Positions 51,630-61,159 of a stretch of 64,000 nucleotides of DNA are shown here, piece after piece. The stretch's first letter is position 1. The number at the start of each line of letters is the position of its first letter. Below the pieces are notes generated by a model, which saw only the letters and a list, made by a program, of their open reading frames with translations, ran no database searches and was not told where the DNA came from. Both the position numbers and the translations under genes were made by a program. Source of the DNA: a virus (Duplodnaviria > Caudoviricetes); IMG/VR virus record IMGVR_UViG_2833005253_000001, positions 37,978 through 101,977 of that record. The stretch is one strand, 5' to 3'.

Positions 51630-52513
51630 TCAGGTATCTGGGTTATCCCGTAGTCCTTGTCAGCAAAACCATCTGTGACAGAGTGGAGTTTGGCCTGCTG
51701 GGTTCGTGCGGTTTTCTGAGGCTCGAAGAGTCCTTGCCAGCCGTTGGCGATACTCGTGTTGATAATCTCTTCCGGCTGATGCCCGTTGTTTCGGCACTGG
51801 CCTAGCCGCTTGATAGCCTGAGTGACAGTCATCTGCGATTTAATCGGCTTGCTGATTTCCTTGCGGTATTGAACCCAGGCATCCCAGATGGGTTTGGGTA
51901 GGCAGTCAGGCAGTTCTACCGAGCTGGGGTCAAACGATTTTGATTTTGCCAAAGGAGGGGTTTGGGGTGGTTTATATTTTAATATATGTCTTTCCTGTCT
52001 TTCCTTTCTTTTATGTTTAGCTGATTCGGCTAAACTCTCATTAGCTAATTTAGCTAAACTCATATTAGCCGTTTCAGCTAATGTGTAGCTTTGGCAACCA
52101 TTAGCCAATTCGGTAATGGTTAGCTGATTTGGCTTAATTTTATGAGCTGGTTCAGCTAAACTTTTATTGAAACTCCAATCATGATAATTTTGATTGATAG
52201 ACACCTCATTATTGTGTTTGAATATCATATTCATGTTCTCAAGTTCCTTCCTGACTTTACTGACATGCGTATGATGGATCGCCGTCATTTTCGCTATCCG
52301 CGTATTTTCAATGTGTGCACATTGTTTATTCCAACCGATAGTCAGTCGGTGAATGGCATCAAATACCTTATATTGCCGAAATGTCAGAGGCGCACGTAGT
52401 AACGCTTCTTTTAACTCATTATCCCACTTGGTAAATCCAGTATCGCTTCGAGTCATGAGAACTCTCTGTTCCTCATCTTTTGATTTAAAACAGGCATAGC
52501 TAACGTTAGTCAT
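51608..52513 (-). CDS. Phage replication initiator (O-like)
   Basis: GFTKWDNEL, RQYKV..AI.RLT.GWNK, C-terminal SIANGWQGLF; internal iterons. Confidence 0.87.
   Translation of the reverse strand: MTNVSYACFKSKDEEQRVLMTRSDTGFTKWDNELKEALLRAPLTFRQYKVFDAIHRLTIGWNKQCAHIENTRIAKMTAIHHTHVSKVRKELENMNMIFKHNNEVSINQNYHDWSFNKSLAEPAHKIKPNQLTITELANGCQSYTLAETANMSLAKLANESLAESAKHKRKERQERHILKYKPPQTPPLAKSKSFDPSSVELPDCLPKPIWDAWVQYRKEISKPIKSQMTVTQAIKRLGQCRNNGHQPEEIINTSIANGWQGLFEPQKTARTQQAKLHSVTDGFADKDYGITQIPDWARACL
52016..52159. repeat. Iterons of the lambdoid origin within the initiator gene
   Basis: About six TTAGC-N7-GCTAA-like palindromes (e.g. 52017, 52041, 52065, 52101, 52120, 52143). Confidence 0.8.
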
Positions 52514-52659
52514 GACGAGGCTCCTTTAAATTCTCTTCTTTAAATAAATAGGTGTTGGCTGCCACTTCCCGCGCTTTAATAAGCCGACTATGACTTTCAA
52601 GAGTGATTTCCAGCTTTGTTTTTTCCTGCGGGGCAGTCGAGGTATGAATCATTTCCATG

Positions 52660-53319
52660 TTAATTTTCCTCCATGACGACATGCATAGGTTTCCGCCCGC
52701 ACCAAATGAGGCGGCTATATTTGAAAATGGAGTGGAAGGTACGGCAGTCTTGGCGTGTAAACGACACTTTGCCGTAAGGCTCAGTCGCGTATTCTGGGAT
52801 AATCCAGTAGGTATCTATAAACTCAGGGTGAGTATGACTGGGGATAGTCGCCATTGATGCGATCTCCTTATGTTTATTCAGGAAATCACCGCTAGAGCTG
52901 CGAAACTCATAATGGGCGGTGACGATGTCAAGGTTCGCAGTACTGGTACATAAGGAAACCAGCCAATCCGAAGATTGCCCTGACAACGCCACCATTGAAT
53001 ACTGGTGGGCATTGTCTACGACATAAAAAAAGACGCTATCTACGGCATCTACTGTCGCCTTATGTATACTCAGGCTGCGAAACCCGTCACTAGGATTGAC
53101 TAGTGCATGATGACTATAGGCGAAGTTTGCCCAAACAGGCAAGGGATTTTTAATCACATCAAGCACGAAGGTCGTTTCCATTGATGATGACACTTCCCGC
53201 GCCAGGTTGTTCATGCGTTGCCGCCCATGCTGACGCAGCCAGGTTCGGAGGGTATGAGTATGGCAAGCTATTTTGGGAGCGATAGAGCGAATGGTTTGAG
53301 CCATGAAATGCAGACTCAT
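52660..53319 (-). CDS. Ash-family/Icd-like immunity region ORF
   Basis: Overlaps the C4 RNA; internal start MATIPSHTHP at about 52852. Confidence 0.6.
   Translation of the reverse strand: MSLHFMAQTIRSIAPKIACHTHTLRTWLRQHGRQRMNNLAREVSSSMETTFVLDVIKNPLPVWANFAYSHHALVNPSDGFRSLSIHKATVDAVDSVFFYVVDNAHQYSMVALSGQSSDWLVSLCTSTANLDIVTAHYEFRSSSGDFLNKHKEIASMATIPSHTHPEFIDTYWIIPEYATEPYGKVSFTRQDCRTFHSIFKYSRLIWCGRKPMHVVMEEN
52915..52995 (-). ncRNA. C4-type antisense RNA
   Basis: Cloverleaf-like atggtggcgttgtcaggg..cttcgg..ttatgta..ctgcgaa..ccttgacatcgtcaccgcc; complementary targets at 53060-81 and 52868-904. Confidence 0.82.
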
Positions 53320-53440
53320 GAGATATGCCTTTTTTTCTTGTTTTTCCTGAATTTTGTTTCATAGTTCAGGTCCTTCATGGAATTGATATTCCTGAGACCA
53401 AAGCCGGCTATCCTGATATGTAGCCGGCTTTACCTTCCAG

Positions 53441-53923
53441 CTATCCTGAATGCTGCGTTTTATTGCTGTCACTTTTTTTCCTTCCATACACCCGTAATGT
53501 GGCCTTCACTTGAGAATCTCTGCTTGCCATATGTTGACGATGCGCGGCCATAATCTTTTCTTCCTCTTTTCTATCAATACCGCCGTCGTCCTGAATCGAT
53601 CCCAGAATCAACTCATCCACAGCACTGCCTGTCACGTTGCTGCGCAAGCCCATGTGATACAGCTCCACGTTATCCAGGGTGTCTGGTTCAGGCATCGGCA
53701 CCACCAGGGTGTTTGAGCGCTCAGCAAAGTACTCTGCCACTAAACTTGATTGGCTTAAGCTCTGTAAGGCCAACAGCTCATCCACGCTAAAAAATCGACA
53801 TCCTTTGCTTTCATATAACCGATTGTTAAATTTGATGTCGCTCATGCCTAAATAAGCGGCGGCGACAGATCGTCCCCCTTCAATTTTTTTCAACATCTCA
53901 TGAATCAATTCGCGTTTTTCCAT
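53441..53923 (-). CDS. YmfL-family regulatory protein (CII position)
   Basis: GGRSVAAAYLGMS..FNNRLYE.KG.RFF. Confidence 0.85.
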   Translation of the reverse strand: MEKRELIHEMLKKIEGGRSVAAAYLGMSDIKFNNRLYESKGCRFFSVDELLALQSLSQSSLVAEYFAERSNTLVVPMPEPDTLDNVELYHMGLRSNVTGSAVDELILGSIQDDGGIDRKEEEKIMAAHRQHMASRDSQVKATLRVYGRKKSDSNKTQHSG

Positions 53924-53993
53924 AATGTGCTCTTGGCCTCTATAGTGATGTTTAGTGGAATATTTTGAGAAGATGGACCATGATAAAATCAAG

Positions 53994-54218
53994 TCATCTT
54001 TCTGGATGTGGAAAAAGATCGGGTAAATCAGGGCGAATTTCGTAGGCTAAAACTTTTCCTTCTGTTGCCCTGACAAGTAATGGGACGATTTCTGCTGATA
54101 CTCGTTTTCGACCATGTAGCCAGTCACAGATCGTTGATTGAGCTTTACCGCATTTCTGAGCCAAGATTTTTTGTGTTCCCAATAAAGAAATCGCTTTTTC
54201 TAATCCTACATTTTTCAT
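53994..54218 (-). CDS. cro: Cro/YdaS-like repressor
   Basis: GTQKILAQKCGKAQSTICDW, EIRPDLPDLFP; divergent from cI. Confidence 0.87.
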   Translation of the reverse strand: MKNVGLEKAISLLGTQKILAQKCGKAQSTICDWLHGRKRVSAEIVPLLVRATEGKVLAYEIRPDLPDLFPHPER

Positions 54219-54246
54219 AAATCGGTTCTCCTGTTCTTTGAGAACA

Positions 54247-54319
54247 ATTTTAAACGTTAAATCAGTCAAATGTCAATCGTTTTAACGATTTTGATCTATT
54301 ATCGATTAAGCGATAGAAT
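54247..54319. promoter_or_regulatory. OR region: divergent PR/PRM-like promoters and operators
   Basis: Minus TTGACA-18-TAAAAT; plus TTGATC-17-TAGAAT; dyads aatcgttttaacgatt and atcgattaagcgat. Confidence 0.7.
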
Positions 54320-54340
54320 TAAATGAATAAATAAAGGGAA

Positions 54341-55040
54341 ATGAATCGAGTGAACTTTTCAGAAAGATTGAAGCTGGCTATGAAAGAAGCGGGTTATACA
54401 CAAGGCTCTTTGGCTAAAAAAGTCAATATGGCTCAATCTAGTGTATGGCGACTCGTCAGCGGAGGGGGTGAAAGCTCAAAAAAAATATTTCCAATCGCCC
54501 AGATTTTGGGTGTAAACCCCGCATGGCTTGCAGAAGGGGTGGGAGAAATGCGGCCTCATTCGAACACAAGTCAGTCCTTTTCATCTTTTGATACTGTTGC
54601 AGGCTATTCCCTGAATCAAGAAGTGCAAAAAGAAGTGTATCCTTTAAAAATATATCACCGTATTGACGGAGTGCTTTCCCCAGCGTCGGGGTGAAAAGGA
54701 TTTTGAAGTTATGTTTTGGCTTCCCAAAGTTGTTTTAATGCAAACGAATGCTTCGATTGATGATTCTATCGCCGTGGTTGCTCAAGATAATAGTATGTCT
54801 CCTATTATTAATGAAAAATCCATGGTGATATTTGATACGAGCTATAAAGAGATTAAAAATGGGAAAATTTATGCCATTTCTTTTGGTGGTATTAGTATGT
54901 TCCGCACATTATTCGTGCTTCCGGAGGAAAAAATACGTTTAAAGAGTCATAATTCTGCTGATTATCCTGAGGTGATTGTTCCTATGAATGAGCTAGTTGT
55001 CATAGGAAAAGTGTATTATGTTTCAGGAATCATTGATTAA
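54341..55040 (+). pseudogene. cI: CI-like repressor (HTH plus S24), frameshifted near 54680
   Basis: HTH in ORF 54341-54694; DNSMSP..GKIYAI..IGKV in ORF 54663-55040. Confidence 0.85.
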
Positions 55041-55210
55041 GTCTCGTTTTCAGCCCGCTGATTCTAGCGGTCTTTCATCTCTTTTTTTAAAGTCCCCTCA
55101 TCGCATCTGAAATTAACTTAAAAATCAAACGTTTTACAATTGAAAAGAGTTAATTCCATGAATTCAAAGCTTATCTTTAATATCACTCAATCACTCGAAC
55201 TATAAAAAAT

Positions 55211-55253
55211 AATCTTAAAAACGATTGACTAAAATAATCGTACATTCTATTAT
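55211..55253 (+). promoter_or_regulatory. PL-like promoter with operator-like dyads
   Basis: TTGACT-17-TATTAT (55225-53); aatcttaaaaacgatt and aatcgtacattctatt resemble the OR dyads. Confidence 0.7.
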
Positions 55254-55358
55254 TCACGATATCACCCCTGCGAAACAGACAGGGAAAATCTACGGAGTCT
55301 CTGTCCGACGATAATGAAGCCGGAATGCTTCGTAGAAAGCTTGACCCCGCAAGGCGAA

Positions 55359-55371
55359 CGCTCTTTAAAAA
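55359..55371 (+). promoter_or_regulatory. nut boxA
   Basis: CGCTCTTTAAAAA matches the boxA consensus, downstream of PL. Confidence 0.7.
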
Positions 55372-55489
55372 CTCAAAGGTATGCCGAGAAGGTGTACACC
55401 CTCACTCAGTGAATTTCGGGATGAAGTGGCGACCATATGACCAGCATCAAACCACCCCATCACCGAAACTCATTGACAGGAGAAGGCGT

Positions 55490-55744
55490 ATGAATGCAAA
55501 AAAAGATGCAAACTCAGACGGACCGTCCGGCGTCGAGAAGAAAGGCAAAGATTGGAAGCACAGTGGAGGGAAGAGCGAAAAAGGGGGCCTGTTTTAAGCG
55601 TACCTAAAGTGCTTTTACATCGCCCAACACCCCAATACAGCTCAGATAACCGAATGCTCTACAGGGTGTGGTTGTTTCGGGCGAAAAGTCATCGTTAAAG
55701 ACTTAACGAAGATACTTCAACATCAGGCCGATAGACACCACTAA
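55490..55744 (+). pseudogene. N-like antiterminator, frameshifted in an A7 run
   Basis: Adding one A gives MNAKKRCKLRRTVRRREERQRLEAQW..PVLSVPK..GCFGRKVI. Confidence 0.6.
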
Positions 55745-56407
55745 AAAGCCTATCATTCCGCCCATTTTGATCGTTAAACTTAAACCCAGTTTCTCTAATT
55801 TGTTATTCATATCTTTACGAATATCAGCAAACTGAGACTCCATATCTTTACGGACATCAGCAAACTGAGCATCCACTTTTTCAAATCGGGTATCGATATC
55901 TTTACGGATATCAGCGATCTCAGCAGATAAGTCTTTACGGACATCAGCGATCTCAGCAGATAAGTCTTTACGGACATCAGCGATCTCAGCAGATAAGTCT
56001 TTACGGACATCAGCGATCTCAGCAGATAAGTCTTTACGGACATCAGCGATCTCAGCAGATAAGTCTTTACGGATATCAGCGATCTCAGCAGATAAGTCTT
56101 TACGGACATCAGCTATCTCAGCAGATAAGTCTTTACGGACATCAGCTATCTCAGCAGATAAGTCTTTACGGACATCAGCTATTTCTTTTTTGACATCAGC
56201 GATATCGCGCTTTACGTCCGCAATATCCGCCTTGGTCGCCACATCCTTTGCTTCATGTGACTGACGTATGACTTGAAAAATGGCTTTGGCCTGTTTTTTG
56301 TCCAGACCGGACTCTTCCAGGTCTTCAAGAATTTGAAACGTATCAGAGGCTAAATAATTCATGATTGTGGACTCCTTACTCTGAGTTTGATAAGCAGTCT
56401 GGGCCAT
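55703..56407 (-). CDS. DUF1640/Bdr-like coiled-coil membrane protein with 11-aa repeats
   Basis: DTFQILEDLEESGLDKKQAKAI, VATKADI, about eight ADVRKDLSAEI repeats, C-terminal TM. Confidence 0.82.
   Translation of the reverse strand: MAQTAYQTQSKESTIMNYLASDTFQILEDLEESGLDKKQAKAIFQVIRQSHEAKDVATKADIADVKRDIADVKKEIADVRKDLSAEIADVRKDLSAEIADVRKDLSAEIADIRKDLSAEIADVRKDLSAEIADVRKDLSAEIADVRKDLSAEIADVRKDLSAEIADIRKDIDTRFEKVDAQFADVRKDMESQFADIRKDMNNKLEKLGLSLTIKMGGMIGFLVVSIGLMLKYLR
55900..56185 (-). repeat. 33-bp tandem repeat, about 8-9 copies
   Basis: tctttacggacatcagcgatctcagcagataag units without spacers. Confidence 0.95.
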
Positions 56408-56818
56408 TCTTTATCCTTTAAACGGTTTTATTGCTTGACTTTATCATAAACCGATTTCAGTGAACAGAATTTTGCTTTTTAGACTCACGCCTTTCATTTC
56501 GGATTAACTCACTCAATTGATTGCATTCCCCTTTTATCGGGCGGGCTTCTCTCGCCTTTTATTTACAGGAGCATCCTATGAAAAAACATCAACATCGGCC
56601 TGGACAGAAGACAAAGCCCCCTTATCACCCCTTGATTGCCTGGTTTCTTCACTTATTGCATATCCTAAAACAAAAGGGGACACCATGAAATTTTGCATTT
56701 TAGGCCCCTTTCTGTTGATTGATTTGGCGGAACAACGGCACTGTTTCCCCAACACCGACTCAGGCTATCAAGAGATGGCCCGCGCTTTTATCGCCACACG
56801 CCGCAAAGGAGACCCTGC

Positions 56819-57502
56819 ATGGGCACAGTCAGCCTGATTCTGGGCGAATCGGGGACGGGGAAAACGGCCAGTCTGCGACACCTCAATCCCGAAACCTGTC
56901 TGCTGATTCAGTCTATTCAAAAACCGCTGCCCTTTCCGGCCAAAGCCTGGAGACCCTGGGCGGCCAAAGACCCTCACAGCAGTATTTATGTCAGTGACCT
57001 CTGGCAGCCGGTGAAGATGGCCTTGTCCAGAGCCTATTCCTACGGAAAACGCATCGCCGTCGTCGATGATTTTCAATACATCATGGCCAACGAGTTTATG
57101 CGCCGGGGAGAGGAAAAATCGTACGAGAAATTCACCGAGATTGCGCATCATACCTGGGACATCCTTCACCACACGATTCATCACACGCCCCCTGACCTGA
57201 GGGTGTATTTTCTGTCTCACAGCGAAGACACCGCCTCCGGCAAAATCAAGATGAAAACCGTGGGGAAATTACTGGATGAAAAAATCACCCTCGAGGGGAT
57301 GTTCACCACCGTGCTTCGGACCTGTGTCAAAGACGGCCGATACCTCTTGAGTACTCAAAATAACGGCTTTGATACCGTCAAATCCCCCATGGGTCTGTTT
57401 GACAGCGCAGAGATTGACAACGATTTGTCCTTCGTCGATGCCGCTTTATGTGATTATTACCAGCTCACCCCTTCCCAACACACCACAGGAGCCATTGCAT
57501 GA
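56819..57502 (+). CDS. Phage P-loop ATPase (AAA_24/Sak4-like recombinase)
   Basis: LGESGTGKT, VVDDFQY, KTVGKLLDEK, KSPMGLF. Confidence 0.85.
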   Translation: MGTVSLILGESGTGKTASLRHLNPETCLLIQSIQKPLPFPAKAWRPWAAKDPHSSIYVSDLWQPVKMALSRAYSYGKRIAVVDDFQYIMANEFMRRGEEKSYEKFTEIAHHTWDILHHTIHHTPPDLRVYFLSHSEDTASGKIKMKTVGKLLDEKITLEGMFTTVLRTCVKDGRYLLSTQNNGFDTVKSPMGLFDSAEIDNDLSFVDAALCDYYQLTPSQHTTGAIA

Positions 57503-58059
57503 CCTTGAATCCCTTTATTTACAATCCACAACAGGCGTTAGCGGCCGGCCAAAGTGGCTTTATCACGGACTCTGGGGCGTATGTCGTGACGATAACAGAC
57601 GCCCGGTTCCGTGTGCAGCCCAGCGGGGCCAAATCGATGGAACTGTCGATTGAAACGGAGGAGGGGCGTAAAGCGCAATATCTTCATCTGTACCATGAAA
57701 AAAAAGACGGGACGGCCAATCCTTATGGCCTTCATCTCATTCATGCCCTGATGGGATGTATGGGGGTGAGGCAACTCCATCCTCCCACGCATCCAGGCGG
57801 CCCGGTGTCTGAGTTCATCGGCAAAAAAGTGGGCCTGATGTTGCAGAAAACCCTGAAAACCAGGGCAGATGGCAAAGAAACCTACCGCCTCGATATTATC
57901 CTGCCCTTTTTCGCCCAGACCCGTCAAACCCTCAGGGAAAAACTCGACAGGCAAACGGCTCGTGATGTCGATAACCGATTGGCGTCCCTGAAAGACAAAG
58001 ATGAGAGAACCTTACTCCCCCTCCATACGCCTTCTTTTAACGACGCCATCCCTTTTTAA
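57499..58059 (+). CDS. Putative ssDNA-binding protein (DUF669-like)
   Basis: Follows the Sak4-like gene; ends FNDAIPF like an SSB tail. Confidence 0.7.
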   Translation: MTLNPFIYNPQQALAAGQSGFITDSGAYVVTITDARFRVQPSGAKSMELSIETEEGRKAQYLHLYHEKKDGTANPYGLHLIHALMGCMGVRQLHPPTHPGGPVSEFIGKKVGLMLQKTLKTRADGKETYRLDIILPFFAQTRQTLREKLDRQTARDVDNRLASLKDKDERTLLPLHTPSFNDAIPF

Positions 58060-58073
58060 CCACGGAGGTAGAG

Positions 58074-58673
58074 ATGATGCAACAAAGAACCCCAGACTGG
58101 CTCCAGGCGCGATGTGGCAAAGTCACGGCCAGCCGGTTAGGAGACTTGATGGCCAAAACCAGAGCGGGGGTTGCCGCCTCGCAGGCACGATATCAGGCCG
58201 AGCTGATTTGCGAACGTCTGACCGGGCAACGGGAAGAGGGGTTTGTCACGGCTGCCATGAGAAGAGGCACGGAGTTAGAACCCGAGGCCCGCGACCTGTA
58301 CCGCCTGTATTCCGGAAACGAAGTGAAAGAAGTGGGACTGATACCCCATCCGACCCTCCCTGATTTTGCGGCCAGTCCGGACGGGCTGGTCAATCCAGAG
58401 GGATTGCTGGAAATCAAATGTCCCAATGCGTGGACACACCTGGAACTCATTAAGACAGGGCAGATTAAAACCCCGTGGCGACTCCAGATGCAGGCGCAAA
58501 TGATGTGTACGGCAAGAGCCTGGTGTGATTTTGTCAGCTATGACCCTCGCTTCCCGCCTGAGCTCGCCTACTTTCAAGTCCGAGTTCATGTTGACCCTGT
58601 GTTGAACGAAGAAATTGAACAGGCCGTGCACACCTTTCTCAATGAAATAGAGGAAGAAATTGAGTGTATATGA
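58074..58673 (+). CDS. YqaJ/lambda exonuclease
   Basis: W..ARCGKVTAS, GTELEP, ASPDGLV, LEIKCP, QMQAQM, WCDFVSY. Confidence 0.92.
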   Translation: MMQQRTPDWLQARCGKVTASRLGDLMAKTRAGVAASQARYQAELICERLTGQREEGFVTAAMRRGTELEPEARDLYRLYSGNEVKEVGLIPHPTLPDFAASPDGLVNPEGLLEIKCPNAWTHLELIKTGQIKTPWRLQMQAQMMCTARAWCDFVSYDPRFPPELAYFQVRVHVDPVLNEEIEQAVHTFLNEIEEEIECI

Positions 58674-58797
58674 CTACTTTAATATTTCGCAATACCGCTC
58701 TAAAAACCCTCTCTCACAAGGACCAAATCTGGTTGACGTCTGCCGAGCTTGCTAACGCTTAACAGTACTTCAGTTCTACATCTGTCAGTAACCTTTA
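58670..58797 (+). pseudogene. Bro-N antirepressor 5' remnant cut by IS5
   Basis: MTTLIFRNTALKTLSHKDQIWLTSAELANA*QY. Confidence 0.6.
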
Positions 58798-59650
58798 TGG
58801 CACTGTTAACAAAGTTAATGTTAAGATATTCTCTGTTTTTTAGGGGGATAAAGAAATGAAAAACAGGCACTATCCGCTCAAAGAGTGTGATTTTATAAAA
58901 ATAATCGAACCTCATATTATAAAATATGATAAACGTCCAGGCAGACCTGCAAGCATCAGTCATTATCAGTTTTTTTCAGCTGTTTTGTACGTATTGAGAA
59001 CGGGTATCCCTTGGCGTGATGTACCTGATTTATACGGTCATTGGCATACGATTTATATGCGCTTTAAAAGATGGAGCGAAAATGGCTTGTTCTGTAACTT
59101 GCTTTATCGTTTACAACAAAAAAAGAAAATCAAAATGGACTGTACATGGGTAGACAGTACGACGGTCGCCATCCACCGACACGGCTCAGGAAGCCTAAAA
59201 AAAGGGACCTCAATCGATAGGGCGCGGCCGAAAAGGCGTGAGCACTCAAATTCACGTGGGTCTTTCAGGCCGCTTTCTCCGGAGTGCCTGTTTATCTGAA
59301 GGACAGCGCTCCGATATGAAAGCCTTTACTGAGCTGTGGATAAAGGGAAATGGGAGGAAGGTGAGCTACATCATCGCTGATAAGGGAGTTGACTTTTTTG
59401 ATGTCAGAAAATTAATCCGGGATAGTGGAAAGAGCCCTGTGATACCCCGACGAAAAGGGGCTGTTTGCACCGGCATTCAACCTAATGATAAAGAAAAATA
59501 CAAAACACGCTCTGCGATTGAACGTTTCTTCTGCAGCATAAAAGAACAAAAAAGACTCGCTTTACGCTTTGATAAACTCGATATCACCTTCTTTTCTTTC
59601 TTCGCTATCGCTTGTCTTAAGGTCTTTAATTTACTTTGTTAACAGTGCCA
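58798..59650 (+). mobile_element. IS5-family element with two frameshifted ORFs
   Basis: TIRs tggcactgttaacaaagt / actttgttaacagtgcca flanked by TA; LRTGIPWRD, DST, ADKG, YKTRSAIER; AAAAAAAG slippage site near 59197. Confidence 0.92.
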
Positions 59651-59967
59651 TAGCTGAACGAAATAATTTTGGTGACGTCATGTAATGAGAAAATAAAGCA
59701 TCGATACTGCAATTGACCGCTCTTCTTTTGCTTTTTGCTTCTGCCCATTTATGCTCAACAGGATTGAGATCAGGCGAGTAAGGAGGCAGATATTCAATGA
59801 TATGCCCCGCGTCATCGATCACTTTTTGAGTGTCCAAACGTTTGTGGAAGGTCGCATTATCCATGACCACCACAGAGTCGGGTGGCAAACTCGGCAGAAG
59901 TATCTGAATGACCCAGGCGTGAAACACATCACTATTCACAGAACACATGAACAATCCCACCGCCATC
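59651..59967 (-). mobile_element. IS630 type A 3' fragment
   Basis: Matches 2916-3232. Confidence 0.9.
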
Positions 59968-60305
59968 ATGGCCACTTGCGGATGAGGGCGGATCATCACA
60001 TTGCCGTCTTTTGATTCTGTCCTGTACAAATGACCTTCTTTTTTAATAACGTCTCTATGCTGTCGCCACTCAACATAAATGCCAACCAGCAGTTCCAGTG
60101 CCATCCCGTCGATATGGGTCAGGATATCGCTGGCATTAAGATCTTCTGCTATGCGCTCAAACCAATACTTTTCTTGCTTGCTAAAATGCTTGGGTGTTGA
60201 GGGTACCCATTTTTCGGGGTTTGGCCCGTTTCTATTCAAGGGACGTTTTGAAGGATTTCCCCTCACTAAACATAGCTGTGACGGGGCTTTCGGCGGTCCT
60301 GGCAT
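59968..60305 (-). pseudogene. terS: P27-family terminase small subunit, truncated and fused to IS630
   Basis: MPGPPKAP..LVRGNPSKRPLN, IRPHPQVAMM. Confidence 0.85.
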
Positions 60306-60469
60306 AAGCGAAAGTCCTGTAAAATTGATGTTGATTTATACTGAAAATGGGGCAAGAAAAAGGTTTTCTAACCTGCGACGATGTGAGTCATCCCAGGCCG
60401 AAGCTCCTCTAACCTCTTGTTTTATAATGATTTTACCTCCCCCTCCCCTTGCTCTCATGATGTTTCTAC

Positions 60470-60499
60470 TTGACATATATCGTTTATAAACGATAGAAT
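60470..60499 (+). promoter_or_regulatory. TA promoter with palindromic operator
   Basis: TTGACA-18-TAGAAT spanning tatcgtttataaacgata. Confidence 0.72.
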
Positions 60500-60504
60500 G
60501 AACT

Positions 60505-60831
60505 ATGCACCAGATAAGGCACTACCTCGATAAAAGCGAACGCGATCACTTTAGCGAGTGGCGAGATCAAATTAGCGACACAAAAGCCAAGATCGCTATT
60601 GACCGGCGTATTATGCGTATAGAATTGGGAAATTTCGGTGACCATAAGCCCGTGCGTGAAGGCGTGTGGGAGCTCCGTATAGACGTAGGTCCAGGTTATC
60701 GTGTTTATTACGCTAAAGTTAACATAACTGTCGTTCTACTGCTCTGCGGCGGTGATAAGCGCAAACAAAATGCAGATATTGACCGAGCATGTGCCTACTG
60801 GCATGACTGGCAAAAACGGACAGGAGATTAA
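60505..60831 (+). CDS. RelE/ParE-like addiction module killer
   Basis: GNFGDHKPVREGVWELRIDVGPGYRVYY, LLLCGGDK. Confidence 0.92.
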   Translation: MHQIRHYLDKSERDHFSEWRDQISDTKAKIAIDRRIMRIELGNFGDHKPVREGVWELRIDVGPGYRVYYAKVNITVVLLLCGGDKRKQNADIDRACAYWHDWQKRTGD

Positions 60832-60834
60832 GAA

Positions 60835-61158
60835 ATGAGAGACAGAGCGCACGACACAGCTATGGCAGAGGTTTTCCGAAACGATCCTAACTATGCTATT
60901 GAGCTATTGAATAGTATTTTGGAAGATGGAGAACAAGGCGAACTTTTAATTGTCCTTCGTCAAATGGCGGAAGCATTAGGTGGTGTCAGGAAAGTAGCTA
61001 AATCGGCAGAGTTAAATCCAAACCAACTTTATCGTACTTTATCAGAATCTGGAAACCCTGAAGTACGTAGTTTGACTGCAATTCTGCGTGCTATGGGACT
61101 ACGGTTGGCTATTCAACCTATACATACCACCTCTACGGTAACTCAACGAATTATATAA
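60835..61158 (+). CDS. Addiction module antidote (HTH)
   Basis: GGVRKVAKSAELNPNQLYRTLSESGNP. Confidence 0.9.
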   Translation: MRDRAHDTAMAEVFRNDPNYAIELLNSILEDGEQGELLIVLRQMAEALGGVRKVAKSAELNPNQLYRTLSESGNPEVRSLTAILRAMGLRLAIQPIHTTSTVTQRII

Positions 61159-61159
61159 T

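Noticed and set aside
55900-56185. 33-bp repeats as a CRISPR array
   Set aside because: The repeats are contiguous with no unique spacers, are in frame within a CDS, and no cas genes are present.
2902-59967. IS630 copies forming a composite transposon
   Set aside because: Type B copies each have their own TA duplication within different genes, and the second type A copy is a fragment; there is no evidence of joint movement.
60478-60495. TA operator as a phage CI operator
   Set aside because: Half-sites are similar (ATCG..CGAT) but the spacing is 8 versus 6 bp; antitoxin autoregulation explains it better.
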